Shown here: piece after piece, positions 43,777 through 54,475 of the stretch
How positions within the stretch are numbered: the stretch's first letter is position 1
Layout of the letters: the number at the start of each line of letters is the position of its first letter
Assembly: GCF_029267015.1 (NCBI RefSeq)
Contig: NZ_JARIEA010000070.1
Coordinates: 269 to 64,268, forward strand
Reading direction: 5' to 3'
Origin: Sporosarcina ureae
Lineage (GTDB): Bacteria; Bacillota; Bacilli; Bacillales_A; Planococcaceae
Length of the DNA: 64,000 bases
Position numbers and translations under genes: made by a program
Notes under the pieces: model-generated
The model's input: the letters and a program-made list of their open reading frames with translations, nothing else
Database searches by the model: none
Told to the model about the DNA's origin: nothing

Positions 43777-45045
43777 ATGGCTAATGATGGAAAGATTACA
43801 GTAACTAACGGTGTTTTAAACGTCCCAGATCACGCAACGATTCCTTTCATTATAGGCGATGGCACAGGTCCGGATATTTGGCATGCAGCTTCACGCGTAA
43901 TCGAAGCAGCTGTTGAAAAAGCTTATGACGGAAAAAAGAAGATTAATTGGTTAGAAGTTCTTGCAGGAGAAAAGGCATTCAACGAAACTGGTGACTGGCT
44001 TCCAAAAGAAACTCTTGACACAATTGAAGAATATCTAATTGCGATTAAAGGGCCACTTACAACGCCGATCGGTGGAGGATTCCGTTCATTGAACGTAGCA
44101 CTACGTCAAGAACTAGATCTTTACACTTGCTTGCGTCCGGTTCGTTATTTCGAAGGAGTACCTTCACCCGTGAAACGTCCTGAGGATTGTGACATGGTTA
44201 TTTTCCGTGAAAACACTGAAGATATCTATGCTGGGATCGAGTACCAAAAAGGTTCTGACGAAGCGAAAAAATTAGTTAACTTCCTTCAAACTGAATTAGG
44301 TGTTAAAAATATTCGTTTCCCTGAAACTTCTGGTCTTGGTATCAAACCAATTTCTGAAGAAGGTACGAAGCGTTTAGTACGTGCTGCAATGAACTATACA
44401 ATTGAAGAAGGACGCAAGTCTCTAACAATTGTACACAAAGGTAACATCATGAAGTTCACAGAAGGCGCATTCGCAAGCTGGGCTTACGAGTTAGCTGAAG
44501 AAGAATTCGGCGACAAAGTATTCACTTGGAAACAATATGACCGTATTAAAGACGCTGAAGGAACAGATGCTGCGAACAAAGCACAATCTGATGCAGAAGC
44601 AGCTGGCAAAATCATCGTTAAAGATGCAATTGCTGATATCTTCTTGCAACAAATCCTTACTCGTCCAAAAGAGTTCGACGTAGTAGCTACAATGAACTTG
44701 AACGGAGACTATATTTCTGATGCACTTGCTGCACAAGTAGGCGGAATCGGAATTGCTCCGGGCGCGAACATTAACTACGAAACAGGTCATGCAATCTTTG
44801 AAGCGACTCATGGTACAGCACCTAAATATGCAGGACTGGATAAAGTTAACCCTTCATCCCTATTGCTATCTGGTACTATGATGCTTCAACACCTTGGCTG
44901 GACTGAGGCAGCTGATCTAATCACTGCTTCTATCGAAAAGTCTATCGCATCTAAAGTAGTGACATACGACTTCGCACGTCTAATGGACAATGCAGAAGAA
45001 GTAAGCACTTCTGGATTCGCTGACGAATTAATCAAAAACCTATAA
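43777..45045 (+). CDS. icd: NADP-dependent isocitrate dehydrogenase
   Basis: [45 protein letters not shown]. Confidence 0.98.
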   Translation: MANDGKITVTNGVLNVPDHATIPFIIGDGTGPDIWHAASRVIEAAVEKAYDGKKKINWLEVLAGEKAFNETGDWLPKETLDTIEEYLIAIKGPLTTPIGGGFRSLNVALRQELDLYTCLRPVRYFEGVPSPVKRPEDCDMVIFRENTEDIYAGIEYQKGSDEAKKLVNFLQTELGVKNIRFPETSGLGIKPISEEGTKRLVRAAMNYTIEEGRKSLTIVHKGNIMKFTEGAFASWAYELAEEEFGDKVFTWKQYDRIKDAEGTDAANKAQSDAEAAGKIIVKDAIADIFLQQILTRPKEFDVVATMNLNGDYISDALAAQVGGIGIAPGANINYETGHAIFEATHGTAPKYAGLDKVNPSSLLLSGTMMLQHLGWTEAADLITASIEKSIASKVVTYDFARLMDNAEEVSTSGFADELIKNL

Positions 45046-45114
45046 GAAGTAAACGAGAGGGGGATGAAAATCCTCCTCTTTCTACTATATTGTTCTGACA
45101 AAGGAGAGTTTTGC

Positions 45115-46053
45115 ATGTCATTGAAGCGTAAAAAAGTATCGGTTATCGGATCTGGTTTTACTGGAGCAACAACTGCATTCCTTTTAGCTCAAAAAGAATT
45201 ATGTGATGTCGTCATCGTAGATATTCCAGCTATGGAAAATCCTACGAAAGGCAAAGCATTGGACATGTTGGAAGCTGGTCCGGTTCAAGGGTTTGATGCC
45301 AACATCATGGGTACATCCAATTACGAAGATACGAAAGACTCTGATGTTGTAGTAATTACTGCAGGTATTGCGCGTAAACCTGGAATGAGCCGTGACGACT
45401 TAGTACAGACAAATCAAAAAGTAATGAAATCGGTAACAGCTGAAATTGTGAAGTATTCTCCTGACACGAAAATCATCGTCTTGACGAATCCGGTTGATGC
45501 GATGACGTATACAGTCTACAAAGAATCAGGATTCCCTAAAGAACGTGTAATCGGTCAATCGGGTGTACTTGATACGGCTCGTTTCCGTACGTTTGTCGCA
45601 CAGGAATTAAACCTGTCAGTAAAAGACGTGACAGGCTTCGTATTGGGTGGTCATGGAGACGATATGGTACCTCTAGTACGTTATTCTACTGCTGGTGGTG
45701 TACCATTAGAAAACTTGATCTCAGCTGGTCGTTTAGAAGAAATTGTGAATCGTACGCGTAAAGGTGGAGCTGAAATCGTCAACTTATTAGGCAATGGTTC
45801 TGCGTATTATGCGCCAGCCGCTGCGTTAGTTGAAATGACAGAAGCTATTTTGAAAGATCAAAAACGTGTATTGCCATCTATCGCATTCTTAGAAGGCGAA
45901 TATGGCATGAATGGCATTTATCTAGGTGTACCGACTGTTCTAGGTGCAGGCGGTATCGAAAGGATCATAGAACTTGAATTAACTGACGATGAGAAGATTG
46001 GACTTCAAAAGTCTGCTGATTCTGTACGTACAGTAATGAGTGTTCTAGCGTAA
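45115..46053 (+). CDS. mdh: Malate dehydrogenase
   Basis: [35 protein letters not shown]. Confidence 0.98.
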   Translation: MSLKRKKVSVIGSGFTGATTAFLLAQKELCDVVIVDIPAMENPTKGKALDMLEAGPVQGFDANIMGTSNYEDTKDSDVVVITAGIARKPGMSRDDLVQTNQKVMKSVTAEIVKYSPDTKIIVLTNPVDAMTYTVYKESGFPKERVIGQSGVLDTARFRTFVAQELNLSVKDVTGFVLGGHGDDMVPLVRYSTAGGVPLENLISAGRLEEIVNRTRKGGAEIVNLLGNGSAYYAPAAALVEMTEAILKDQKRVLPSIAFLEGEYGMNGIYLGVPTVLGAGGIERIIELELTDDEKIGLQKSADSVRTVMSVLA

Positions 46054-46065
46054 ACGTATAGGTTT

Positions 46066-46101
46066 AAGATCGAATGGCTATTTAGCTGTTCGATCTTTTT
46101 T
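46066..46101 (+). terminator. Terminator after mdh
   Basis: AAGATCGAA/TTCGATCTT stem plus TTTT. Confidence 0.8.
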
Positions 46102-46201
46102 CGTGTTAACTCGATTTTTGAAGAACGGATTGTTATAATTTAATTATTGAAGTAATTTTCAGCTTTTTATTGATGATTGAAGAAATAGAGGAGGAGATTA
46201 T

Positions 46202-46687
46202 TTGTTGAAAAGCAAACGTAAGGCTATAGGAAAAGATATAACGGAGTTAGAACTAGGTGAGAGGCTACATTTGACCGAAAAGATCGAGGATAAAGATTTG
46301 ATGTTGTATCTAGGATTGACAAACGATGCGAATCCGCTCTATTTACAACATGACTATGCAGCGGAGACGATATATGGACAGCCGATTGTCCCGCCTATCA
46401 TGTTGACCGGAATTGTTACGGCGGCTATTTCTAAACACATGCCAGGACCAGGTGCACATATTATTAACCAACAATTGCATTTCCCTAAACCCGTCTACCA
46501 CTATGCTATTGTAGAATTCGTCTTGGAAGTTACGAAGCTTGATGTTGCAATGAACCAAGTAACGATTCAAGTGGATGCAACGGATCAAGAAGGAGAGCGA
46601 GTAATGAGTGGAGAAATAGTAGTCATCGCCCCACAAAAGCTTCCTACTAAACAAAGCCAGACACAGGAACTTGCGGATGGAAACTAA
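46202..46687 (+). CDS. MaoC/PaaZ C-terminal-like hotdog-fold protein
   Basis: TNDANPLYLQHDYA, PIVPPIML, HMPGPGA, FPKPVY; overlaps the phoP start. Confidence 0.8.
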   Translation: MLKSKRKAIGKDITELELGERLHLTEKIEDKDLMLYLGLTNDANPLYLQHDYAAETIYGQPIVPPIMLTGIVTAAISKHMPGPGAHIINQQLHFPKPVYHYAIVEFVLEVTKLDVAMNQVTIQVDATDQEGERVMSGEIVVIAPQKLPTKQSQTQELADGN

Positions 46688-47378
46688 ACTACAAAAGATT
46701 TTGATTGTAGAAGATGAGCAATCAATTCAAAAGCTGATTGAATTTACATTGCAACAAGCAAACTTCGTAACGGTACTTGCGAATGATGGAGAAGAAGCGA
46801 TAGAAAAAGTGTTGGATGAACAACCCGATTTGATTATTTTGGATTTAATGTTGCCCAAAATAGACGGATTAGAAGTGTGCCGTATGTTGAGAAAACAAGA
46901 CATTGAAACACCCATCATTATGTTAACCGCCAAAGGAGAAGAAATGGATAAAATCATTGGACTTGAAATGGGAGCCGATGATTATATGACTAAACCTTTC
47001 AGTCCCCGTGAAGTGGCAGCTAGAGTACGTGCAGTTTTGAGGCGAACAGGAGAACCTAAGAATACAAAGGAAAAGAAATTGATAGCGGGTCAATTGACAG
47101 TCTATCCTGAACGTATGGAAGTCTATTTAGATAACCAACCACTCGAGTTCACGCCGAAAGAATTTGAGTTGCTCGTTTATTTTATGAAGAATCCACATCG
47201 CGTATTCACTCGAGATCAGCTACTTCAAGCTGTCTGGAATTATGACTTTGCGGGAGATACACGAATTGTTGACGTACATGTTAGTCATCTACGCGATAAA
47301 ATCGAAGAAAATACGAGAAAGCCACGCTATATCAAAACAATGAGAGGCGTTGGCTACAAGTTCGGGGAGCAAAACTAG
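46677..47378 (+). CDS. phoP: OmpR-family response regulator PhoP
   Basis: LDLMLP, GADDYMTKPFSPRE, VWNYDFAGDTRIVDVHVSHLRDKIE; position after mdh. Confidence 0.9.
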   Translation: METKLQKILIVEDEQSIQKLIEFTLQQANFVTVLANDGEEAIEKVLDEQPDLIILDLMLPKIDGLEVCRMLRKQDIETPIIMLTAKGEEMDKIIGLEMGADDYMTKPFSPREVAARVRAVLRRTGEPKNTKEKKLIAGQLTVYPERMEVYLDNQPLEFTPKEFELLVYFMKNPHRVFTRDQLLQAVWNYDFAGDTRIVDVHVSHLRDKIEENTRKPRYIKTMRGVGYKFGEQN

Positions 47379-48794
47379 ATGAAGAACTATTATACTAAAC
47401 TCTTAACGGCTTCCGCAGTCATTTTATCCATTCTGTTAATTGTGCTAGGAATTATCTTAGGACAATTTTTTCATTTATTCGGAGAAAATGTAGATGCAGG
47501 CATTCAACAAACGTATTGGGTCTACTTACTGTTCACGCTCGTCCTAGTGTTTATTGTCATGATGTTCGTGTTGGCGAAGATTATTCAACAGTATGTTCAA
47601 CCGATTGACCACTTCATGGATGTTGCGCACCAGTTAGCGCAAGGGAACTACTTGGCAAGAGCGAATAATGAAGACAGTGAGATGAACTACCAGCTGACGA
47701 ATTCAATCAATACAGTCGCACAGAAACTACAAGGCAACTCTGCGCTTCGTGCAATGGAGCAGGAGCGCTTAAAAACATTGGTTAGTAGCATTGGCAGTAG
47801 TCTCCTGATGTTCGGCAGACATGGCGCAGTGAACTTAGTCAATCGCGTGTTTGAAGAAACTTTTCATCGTGACGGTGAAGAACTGATGGGGAAAACATTT
47901 AAAGATATAGGATTACCTTCAGATATTGAAATTGAAATTGAAAAGATTTTCTTGACGGAAGAAGTGCGTTCATTCCAATCGAAAGTATTGCTTGAGGAAG
48001 GTGTTTGTCATTTAGAAATATATGGTGCTCCTGTAATTGGTGAGAATGGTAACTGGCTCGGAATTGTGATTATTATGCATGACATTACAAAGTTAGTTCG
48101 ACTTGAGCAAGTGCGCAAAGATTTTGTGGCTAATGTCTCTCATGAACTCAAAACGCCTGTTACGTCTATTAAAGGTTTTTCAGAAATGTTGCTAGACGGA
48201 GCGGTAGAAGATCCTGTTACCAAACGTGAATTCCTCGAGATCATGTATAAAGAAAGTAATCGTTTGCAATTATTGATCGAGGATTTATTGCGCTTGTCCA
48301 GCATGGAACAAGGAAGTTTTGAAATTACACGAAAACCTGTTGATTTGGTTGACGTAGTTCAGCAATCCATCAAAATTGTACAGGCAAAAGTTCAGGAAAA
48401 AGATATGCGTATCGATTTGCATATTCCACAACAGGTAATGATTCCTGCTGATCATGATCGTTTAGTGCAAGTGATGGTGAATTTATTAAATAATGCGATT
48501 GCCTATTCACAGGAAGAAACGATAGTGACAGTTTTGGTAGAAGAAGTAGAGGAGTACGTAGAAATTACGGTTCGCGATCAAGGAATAGGCATTATGCCAT
48601 CAGAACTACCACGTTTATTTGAACGTTTTTACCGTGTAGATCGCGCTAGAAGTAGAGAGTCAGGCGGGACAGGGCTAGGACTGGCGATTGTTAAACACAT
48701 AGTGGAAGCGCATCATGGAATCGTCACAGTAGAAAGTGAAGTCGGCGTCGGCACGGTTTTCCGCATACACTTGCCTATCCATGAACAACTGTAG
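47379..48794 (+). CDS. phoR: Sensor histidine kinase PhoR
   Basis: Two TM helices, HAMP, PAS, DFVANVSHELKTP, LFERFYRVDRARSRESGGTGLGLAIVKH. Confidence 0.88.
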   Translation: MKNYYTKLLTASAVILSILLIVLGIILGQFFHLFGENVDAGIQQTYWVYLLFTLVLVFIVMMFVLAKIIQQYVQPIDHFMDVAHQLAQGNYLARANNEDSEMNYQLTNSINTVAQKLQGNSALRAMEQERLKTLVSSIGSSLLMFGRHGAVNLVNRVFEETFHRDGEELMGKTFKDIGLPSDIEIEIEKIFLTEEVRSFQSKVLLEEGVCHLEIYGAPVIGENGNWLGIVIIMHDITKLVRLEQVRKDFVANVSHELKTPVTSIKGFSEMLLDGAVEDPVTKREFLEIMYKESNRLQLLIEDLLRLSSMEQGSFEITRKPVDLVDVVQQSIKIVQAKVQEKDMRIDLHIPQQVMIPADHDRLVQVMVNLLNNAIAYSQEETIVTVLVEEVEEYVEITVRDQGIGIMPSELPRLFERFYRVDRARSRESGGTGLGLAIVKHIVEAHHGIVTVESEVGVGTVFRIHLPIHEQL

Positions 48795-48863
48795 TAAAGA
48801 AAGTTGAAACTTATTTGACTACTGTTCCGTACAGTAGTCATACATAGAAAAGGGGGAACAGAT

Positions 48864-49841
48864 ATGAGCACAAAAAGGATCCTAGTGACAATCGGTTTGT
48901 TTATCACTGGATTATTACTTTTGTTGATCGTCTTTACTACATGGTACACAGTTGACGAGTCTGAACAAGCTGTCGTCATTTCATTTGGACAAGCGGGTGC
49001 ACCTGTCACAGACTCAGGTCTACATTTCAAATTGCCTTGGCCGATTCAAAAAACAGAAATTTTGTCCAAGGAAACGTATAGTATCCACTTCGGTTACAAG
49101 CAAGATAAATCAGGTGAAATCGTAGATAAGGAAACGAAGATGATTACAGGTGATGAGTATATCGTTCTGACCGATCTAACAGTACAATGGCGTATTGTGG
49201 ATCCGAAGAAGTATTTATTTAATGCAGAAGATCCTATTGAAATCTTAAGAGATGCAGCATCTGCTTCTATTCGTTCTGTTATCGGTAGTTCCACAATCGA
49301 TGCCGCGTTAACGGATGGAAAAGCTGAAATCGAAGCGAAGACACGTGATCTATTGACTAGCTTAGTAGAGAAGTATGATATCGGTGTCGCAGTGCAAGGT
49401 GTAAAATTGCAAGATGTTGAATTACCGAACGCAGAAGTACGTGCGGCATTTACTGCTGTAACAGATGCGCGTGAAACGAAGAATACAAAAATTAACGAAG
49501 CGAAGAAATATGAAAACCAGAGAACGAAAGAAGCTATTGGTGAACGTGATGCGATCAAATCACAAGCACAAGGGAAAAAGACTGCGCGTATTGAACAAGC
49601 ACGTGGTGATGTAGCGGTATTCACTGATTTGTATAATGAATATGCAAAAAGTAAAGACATCACACGCGAGCGTCTGATTCTAGAGACATTGGAGCAAGTT
49701 CTTCCTAAAGCAAACCTTTACATCATGAACGATAGCGGAGAAACGATGAAGTATTTACCACTCCAGCAATTGCAAAAAGATCAGCCGCCGGTTACTGAAG
49801 AAAAGAATACGTCAGCTGAAAAAGGAGGGAAAGCTTCATGA
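48864..49841 (+). CDS. hflK: SPFH-domain FtsH modulator HflK
   Basis: N-terminal TM, GLHFKLPWPI, MITGDEYIV, coiled-coil C-terminus, TRERLILETLEQV. Confidence 0.88.
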   Translation: MSTKRILVTIGLFITGLLLLLIVFTTWYTVDESEQAVVISFGQAGAPVTDSGLHFKLPWPIQKTEILSKETYSIHFGYKQDKSGEIVDKETKMITGDEYIVLTDLTVQWRIVDPKKYLFNAEDPIEILRDAASASIRSVIGSSTIDAALTDGKAEIEAKTRDLLTSLVEKYDIGVAVQGVKLQDVELPNAEVRAAFTAVTDARETKNTKINEAKKYENQRTKEAIGERDAIKSQAQGKKTARIEQARGDVAVFTDLYNEYAKSKDITRERLILETLEQVLPKANLYIMNDSGETMKYLPLQQLQKDQPPVTEEKNTSAEKGGKAS

Positions 49842-50863
49842 GTAACGAACAAAACCCTTTCAAGAAGATAGAAGAAGCCCTCAAAAAGATGGGGGAAACC
49901 GATCAAAAAAGAAGTGCGCAGAAGCCGGGACCGGAATCAGATCCTAAAGTAACGCAAATGCGACCGAAAAAAGCGTTTGATATGAAAAAATATACGAAAC
50001 TCATTATAACGCTAACAGTAGTTTTTGCGATTCTCGTTATTCTGTTATCCAATTTATTTATCGTAAAAGAGAATGAGTACCGTGTCGTCCGTCAGTTTGG
50101 TGAGATTACTCGGATTATCGAAAAACCTGGTATCAATATGAAAATACCATTCATTCAAAGTGTTAGTACATTGCCGAAAAACCGCATGACTTCTAACGTG
50201 TCAGAAGCAGAAATCAATACAAAAGATAAGAAGCGGATCATCATTGATAATTATGCAGTATGGCATATTACAGATCCAGCAAAAATGATTTCGAACGCAC
50301 GTAATATCGTCAATGCGGAAGCGAGAATGGAAGAGTTTATTTACTCTGTTGTCCGAAATGAAATGGGACGTCTAGATTACGTCAATGTTGTCAATGACGA
50401 AGATTCCTCTCGTGGAAGTTTGAATGACGATGTCACAGCTAAAGTAAATAAATTCTTGGATGATGGCAACTACGGAATTAAAGTAGTGGATGTCCGTATG
50501 AAGCGCATCGACTTACCGGAAGAAAACGAACAATCGATCTACACACGTATGATATCAGAACGTGATTCGACTGCTCAATCATACCTATCAGAAGGGGATG
50601 CAGAGAAGCAGAAGATTGAAGCAGAAACAGATCGTGAAGTGCAAGAGATGCTAGCAAAAGCAAAAAAAGAAGCAGCAATCGTAACTGCGCAAGGTGAGGC
50701 AGAAGCTGCAAAAATCTATAACAACGCGTATGCAAAAGATCCTGAGTTCTATAAACTGTATAGAACACTTCAGTCTTATACAAAAGTCGTGAATGATGAA
50801 ACGATGATCATTCTTCCGGCAGATTCACCGTATGCTAAGCTATTAACGGGCAATATGGAGTAA
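49838..50863 (+). CDS. hflC: SPFH-domain FtsH modulator HflC
   Basis: KIPFIQSV, TKDKKRIIID, DVRMKRIDLP, RMISER, DPEFYKLYRTLQSY; ATGA overlap with hflK. Confidence 0.9.
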   Translation: MSNEQNPFKKIEEALKKMGETDQKRSAQKPGPESDPKVTQMRPKKAFDMKKYTKLIITLTVVFAILVILLSNLFIVKENEYRVVRQFGEITRIIEKPGINMKIPFIQSVSTLPKNRMTSNVSEAEINTKDKKRIIIDNYAVWHITDPAKMISNARNIVNAEARMEEFIYSVVRNEMGRLDYVNVVNDEDSSRGSLNDDVTAKVNKFLDDGNYGIKVVDVRMKRIDLPEENEQSIYTRMISERDSTAQSYLSEGDAEKQKIEAETDREVQEMLAKAKKEAAIVTAQGEAEAAKIYNNAYAKDPEFYKLYRTLQSYTKVVNDETMIILPADSPYAKLLTGNME

Positions 50864-50872
50864 TCATAAGTG

Positions 50873-50929
50873 CGTCATTTTCATTAGAGTTGCCAAACGT
50901 GGTAAACTAGATGAAAATGACGTTTTTTT
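50873..50929 (+). terminator. Long hairpin terminator after hflC
   Basis: CGTCATTTTCAT/ATGAAAATGACG 12-bp stem plus TTTTTTT. Confidence 0.8.
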
Positions 50930-50961
50930 ATAGTGACAAACATAAAGGAGTGGGATGAATT

Positions 50962-53586
50962 TTGACAAAACAGAAAGTCGTCTTATTGGATGGAAACAGC
51001 TTAGCGTACCGTGCATTCTTTGCTTTGCCTTTATTAACGAATGAAAAAGGTGTTCATACAAATGCGGTATACGGTTTTACGATGATGTTGGAGACCATCT
51101 TAGCCAATGAAGAACCGACGCATGTGATTGTGGCGTGGGATGCAGGGAAAACGACATTCCGCCACAGTACGTATACGGAATATAAAGGTGGACGTCAAAA
51201 AACCCCGCCAGAGTTATCGGAACAATTCCCGTACATTCGTAAACTCATTGAAGCATTCGGAATTACGCAATATGAACTTGATTTGTATGAAGCGGACGAT
51301 ATTATCGGTACATTGAGCAGGGAGTGCAGTGACGCAGAAGCAGAAGTTGTCATCATCTCAGGTGATAAAGACTTAACGCAACTTGCGAATGATCAGACGA
51401 CAGTATGTATTACAAGAAAAGGTATTACCGATCTGGAAAAATACACACCAGCGCATATCGAAGAAAAATACGGTATTGCACCGTTACAAATCATCGATAT
51501 GAAAGGTTTGATGGGCGATGCATCTGATAATATCCCCGGCGTGCCTGGAATTGGTGAAAAGACGGCATTGAAATTATTGAAGGAATACGGTTCCGTCGAA
51601 AAAGTCTATGAATCGATCGATCAAATCACGGCAAAGAAAATGAAAGAAAATCTTGTGAATAATAAAGAACAAGCATTCATGAGTAAAGAACTTGCGACGA
51701 TTGAAGTGCATGCGCCGATTACGGTGTCATTGAACGATTTGGACTATGCGGGTCCTAACGAAGAAGAAGTTATCCAGCTATATAAAGAGTTACAATTTAA
51801 ATCGTTACTTGAAAAGATGGATGCACCTATCGAAGTTCAACCACTAGAAGAAATTGCCATACACACTGTAGAAGAAATTACTTCAGCGATGCTGACGGAT
51901 ACGATGTCTCTACATGTCGAAATAGATGGAGATAATTATTTATCCGAAGACATTTTAGGTATTGGACTATCGAATGAAACAGATACGTACTTTATTTCTA
52001 TAGAATTAGCTACATCCTCTGAACTCTTTAAGAACTGGATTTCTGATCATGCTACTCGTAAATACGTTTCGGACTCTAAATCAGCCTATGCAGCGATTGC
52101 GCGACTCGGCATGGAACTAAACGGTGCAGAATTCGATCTCATGCTGGCGGCATACATCGTCAATCCTTCATTTTCAACGAATGAAGTCTCTGAAATCGCA
52201 CGTTCATTTGGCTACCATGGTGTAGAAAGCGATGAAGCGGTCTATGGGAAAGGCGCTAAACGGACTGTACCGGCAACTGAACAACTTGCCAACCATACCG
52301 CGCGAAAAGCACATGCAGTATGGGAACTGTACCCAATCGTCACAAAACAGTTAGAGGACAATGAACAGCAAGACTTGTTCCATGACTTGGAACTACCTTT
52401 GGCAAAGATCCTAGGTAAAATGGAAGTAACCGGTGTGAAAACGGATGTGGATGTGCTAGCAACGATTGGAGAACAGCTATCGGAACGTCTCGCAGTCATT
52501 GAGAAGACGATTTACGAAATGGCTGGTGAGAAATTCAATATTAACTCGCCTAAACAGCTGGGCGTTATTCTGTTTGAGAAAATCGGTCTAACTCCGATCA
52601 AGAAAACAAAGACAGGTTATTCAACAGCTGCGGATGTGCTAGAGAAGCTTGAAAGTGAACATGAAATTATTCAACATATTTTATTATATCGACAGCTTGG
52701 TAAATTAAATTCAACATACATTGAAGGACTAACGAAAGAGATTCATGAAGATGGTAAGATCCATACACGATTCCAACAAGCTTTAACACAGACGGGAAGA
52801 TTGAGCTCAATCAATCCGAACTTGCAGAATATCCCGATCCGTTTAGAAGAAGGGCGTAAAATACGAGCGGCATTCATTCCATCTGAAACAGAATGGATTA
52901 TGTTTGCGGCCGACTATTCACAAATTGAATTGCGTGTACTTGCACATATTTCGCAAGATGAAAAATTAATTGAAGCATTCCGGCAGGGTGCGGATATTCA
53001 TACGAAAACCGCAATGGATGTTTTTGGTGTGAAGCAAGAAGAAGTCGATAGCAATATGCGTCGCGCAGCAAAAGCTGTCAACTTTGGTATCGTCTATGGA
53101 ATCAGTGATTATGGATTATCGCAAAGTTTAAATATTACCCGTAAAGAAGCAGGGGAATTTATCGATACGTATTTAGCGAGTTTCCCAGGCGTCAAGCAAT
53201 ATATGGATGACAGTATTACGGATGCGAAGCTAAAAGGCTATGTAACGACACTGTTGAAACGCAGACGGTATTTACCGGATATTACAAGTTCCAATTTCAA
53301 CTTGCGGGGCTTTGCTGAACGTACAGCGATGAACACGCCTATTCAAGGGACTGCAGCAGACATCATAAAGCAAGCGATGATTGATATGGATGCCAGACTC
53401 GAAAAAGAAAATATGCAAGCACGAATGCTGCTACAAGTGCATGATGAATTAATCTTTGAAGCACCTTTGGACGAACTAGAAAAATTAAAAGAAATCGTAC
53501 CGGAAGTCATGGAACAAACAATCCAACTCGACGTTCCATTAAAAGTCGATTGGAATTATGGGAAGTCTTGGTACGAAACGAAGTGA
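50962..53586 (+). CDS. polA: DNA polymerase I
   Basis: LLDGNSLAYRAFFA, EADDIIG, GDASDNIPGV, ADYSQIELR, KAVNFGIVYG, LQVHDEL. Confidence 0.98.
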   Translation: MTKQKVVLLDGNSLAYRAFFALPLLTNEKGVHTNAVYGFTMMLETILANEEPTHVIVAWDAGKTTFRHSTYTEYKGGRQKTPPELSEQFPYIRKLIEAFGITQYELDLYEADDIIGTLSRECSDAEAEVVIISGDKDLTQLANDQTTVCITRKGITDLEKYTPAHIEEKYGIAPLQIIDMKGLMGDASDNIPGVPGIGEKTALKLLKEYGSVEKVYESIDQITAKKMKENLVNNKEQAFMSKELATIEVHAPITVSLNDLDYAGPNEEEVIQLYKELQFKSLLEKMDAPIEVQPLEEIAIHTVEEITSAMLTDTMSLHVEIDGDNYLSEDILGIGLSNETDTYFISIELATSSELFKNWISDHATRKYVSDSKSAYAAIARLGMELNGAEFDLMLAAYIVNPSFSTNEVSEIARSFGYHGVESDEAVYGKGAKRTVPATEQLANHTARKAHAVWELYPIVTKQLEDNEQQDLFHDLELPLAKILGKMEVTGVKTDVDVLATIGEQLSERLAVIEKTIYEMAGEKFNINSPKQLGVILFEKIGLTPIKKTKTGYSTAADVLEKLESEHEIIQHILLYRQLGKLNSTYIEGLTKEIHEDGKIHTRFQQALTQTGRLSSINPNLQNIPIRLEEGRKIRAAFIPSETEWIMFAADYSQIELRVLAHISQDEKLIEAFRQGADIHTKTAMDVFGVKQEEVDSNMRRAAKAVNFGIVYGISDYGLSQSLNITRKEAGEFIDTYLASFPGVKQYMDDSITDAKLKGYVTTLLKRRRYLPDITSSNFNLRGFAERTAMNTPIQGTAADIIKQAMIDMDARLEKENMQARMLLQVHDELIFEAPLDELEKLKEIVPEVMEQTIQLDVPLKVDWNYGKSWYETK

Positions 53587-53596
53587 GTGGATATAC

Positions 53597-54469
53597 ATGC
53601 CAGAACTACCGGAAGTAGAAGGAGTGGTGCGAGACCTTGCGCCACTCGTGGAAGGACGAACGGTGAAGCAACTATCTGTATCGGATACCGTTGTCATTTC
53701 TAAAACAGCTGGAAAAGAAACGATTATTAAAGGGAAATCTGTAGACGACTTTCTTCACGGCATGGAAAACATGCAAATCGAGAAAATTGTGCGTCGTAGT
53801 AAATATATTTATTTTCATTTAATGAAAGAAGATCAACCATACTTGCTTGTCAGCCATCTTGGCATGACGGGCGCTTGGTTTGTCGTAAATTCCCCTGACG
53901 AAATCACAGAAGAGAAATTTCGCAAGCATGCACATGTCTTTTTAGAAATGGAAGATGGCGGTTTACTAGTCTACTCAGATATACGAAGATTCGGCGAAAT
54001 GCGCCTTTTGCAGACAGAAGAAGATTTTCCTCCTTTGTTAGAGATGGCACCAGAACCTTTTTCTGACGAAGCACTGGAACATTTTTTATCGATGGCAGAA
54101 ACTCCGAAATATAAAAGAAAACCGATCAAAGAAGTAATTATGGATGGGAAAGTGATCTCAGGATGCGGTAATATCTACGCTACAGAAGCATTATTCCATA
54201 TGAAGATTCATCCTGCACGTTCAGCCGAAAGGATTAGCAGAAAGCGCAAAATATTATTATTCGAAGAAATCGTACGCGTTTTGCAAGAAAGCATTGATGC
54301 AGGCGGCAGTACGATATCCGATTATCGTTCAGTTAATGGCAATGCAGGTACGATGCAAAATCGGCTGCATATGTATGGGAAAAAAACGTGCTTGGAATGT
54401 GATACGTCAACAAAGAGTAAACAGATTGCGGGCAGAACATCTGTCTATTGCCCATCATGCCAGAAATAA
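53597..54469 (+). CDS. mutM: Formamidopyrimidine-DNA glycosylase
   Basis: MPELPEVE, HLGMTG, GCGNIYATE, C-terminal C4 Zn finger. Confidence 0.96.
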   Translation: MPELPEVEGVVRDLAPLVEGRTVKQLSVSDTVVISKTAGKETIIKGKSVDDFLHGMENMQIEKIVRRSKYIYFHLMKEDQPYLLVSHLGMTGAWFVVNSPDEITEEKFRKHAHVFLEMEDGGLLVYSDIRRFGEMRLLQTEEDFPPLLEMAPEPFSDEALEHFLSMAETPKYKRKPIKEVIMDGKVISGCGNIYATEALFHMKIHPARSAERISRKRKILLFEEIVRVLQESIDAGGSTISDYRSVNGNAGTMQNRLHMYGKKTCLECDTSTKSKQIAGRTSVYCPSCQK

Positions 54470-54475
54470 GGAGCG

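Noticed and set aside
49094-49663. 189-aa antisense ORF and the many other 60-140-aa ORFs opposite or inside core genes
   Set aside because: Shadow frames of well-supported housekeeping genes (Ser/Phe/Ile-rich antisense composition, no RBS or motifs).
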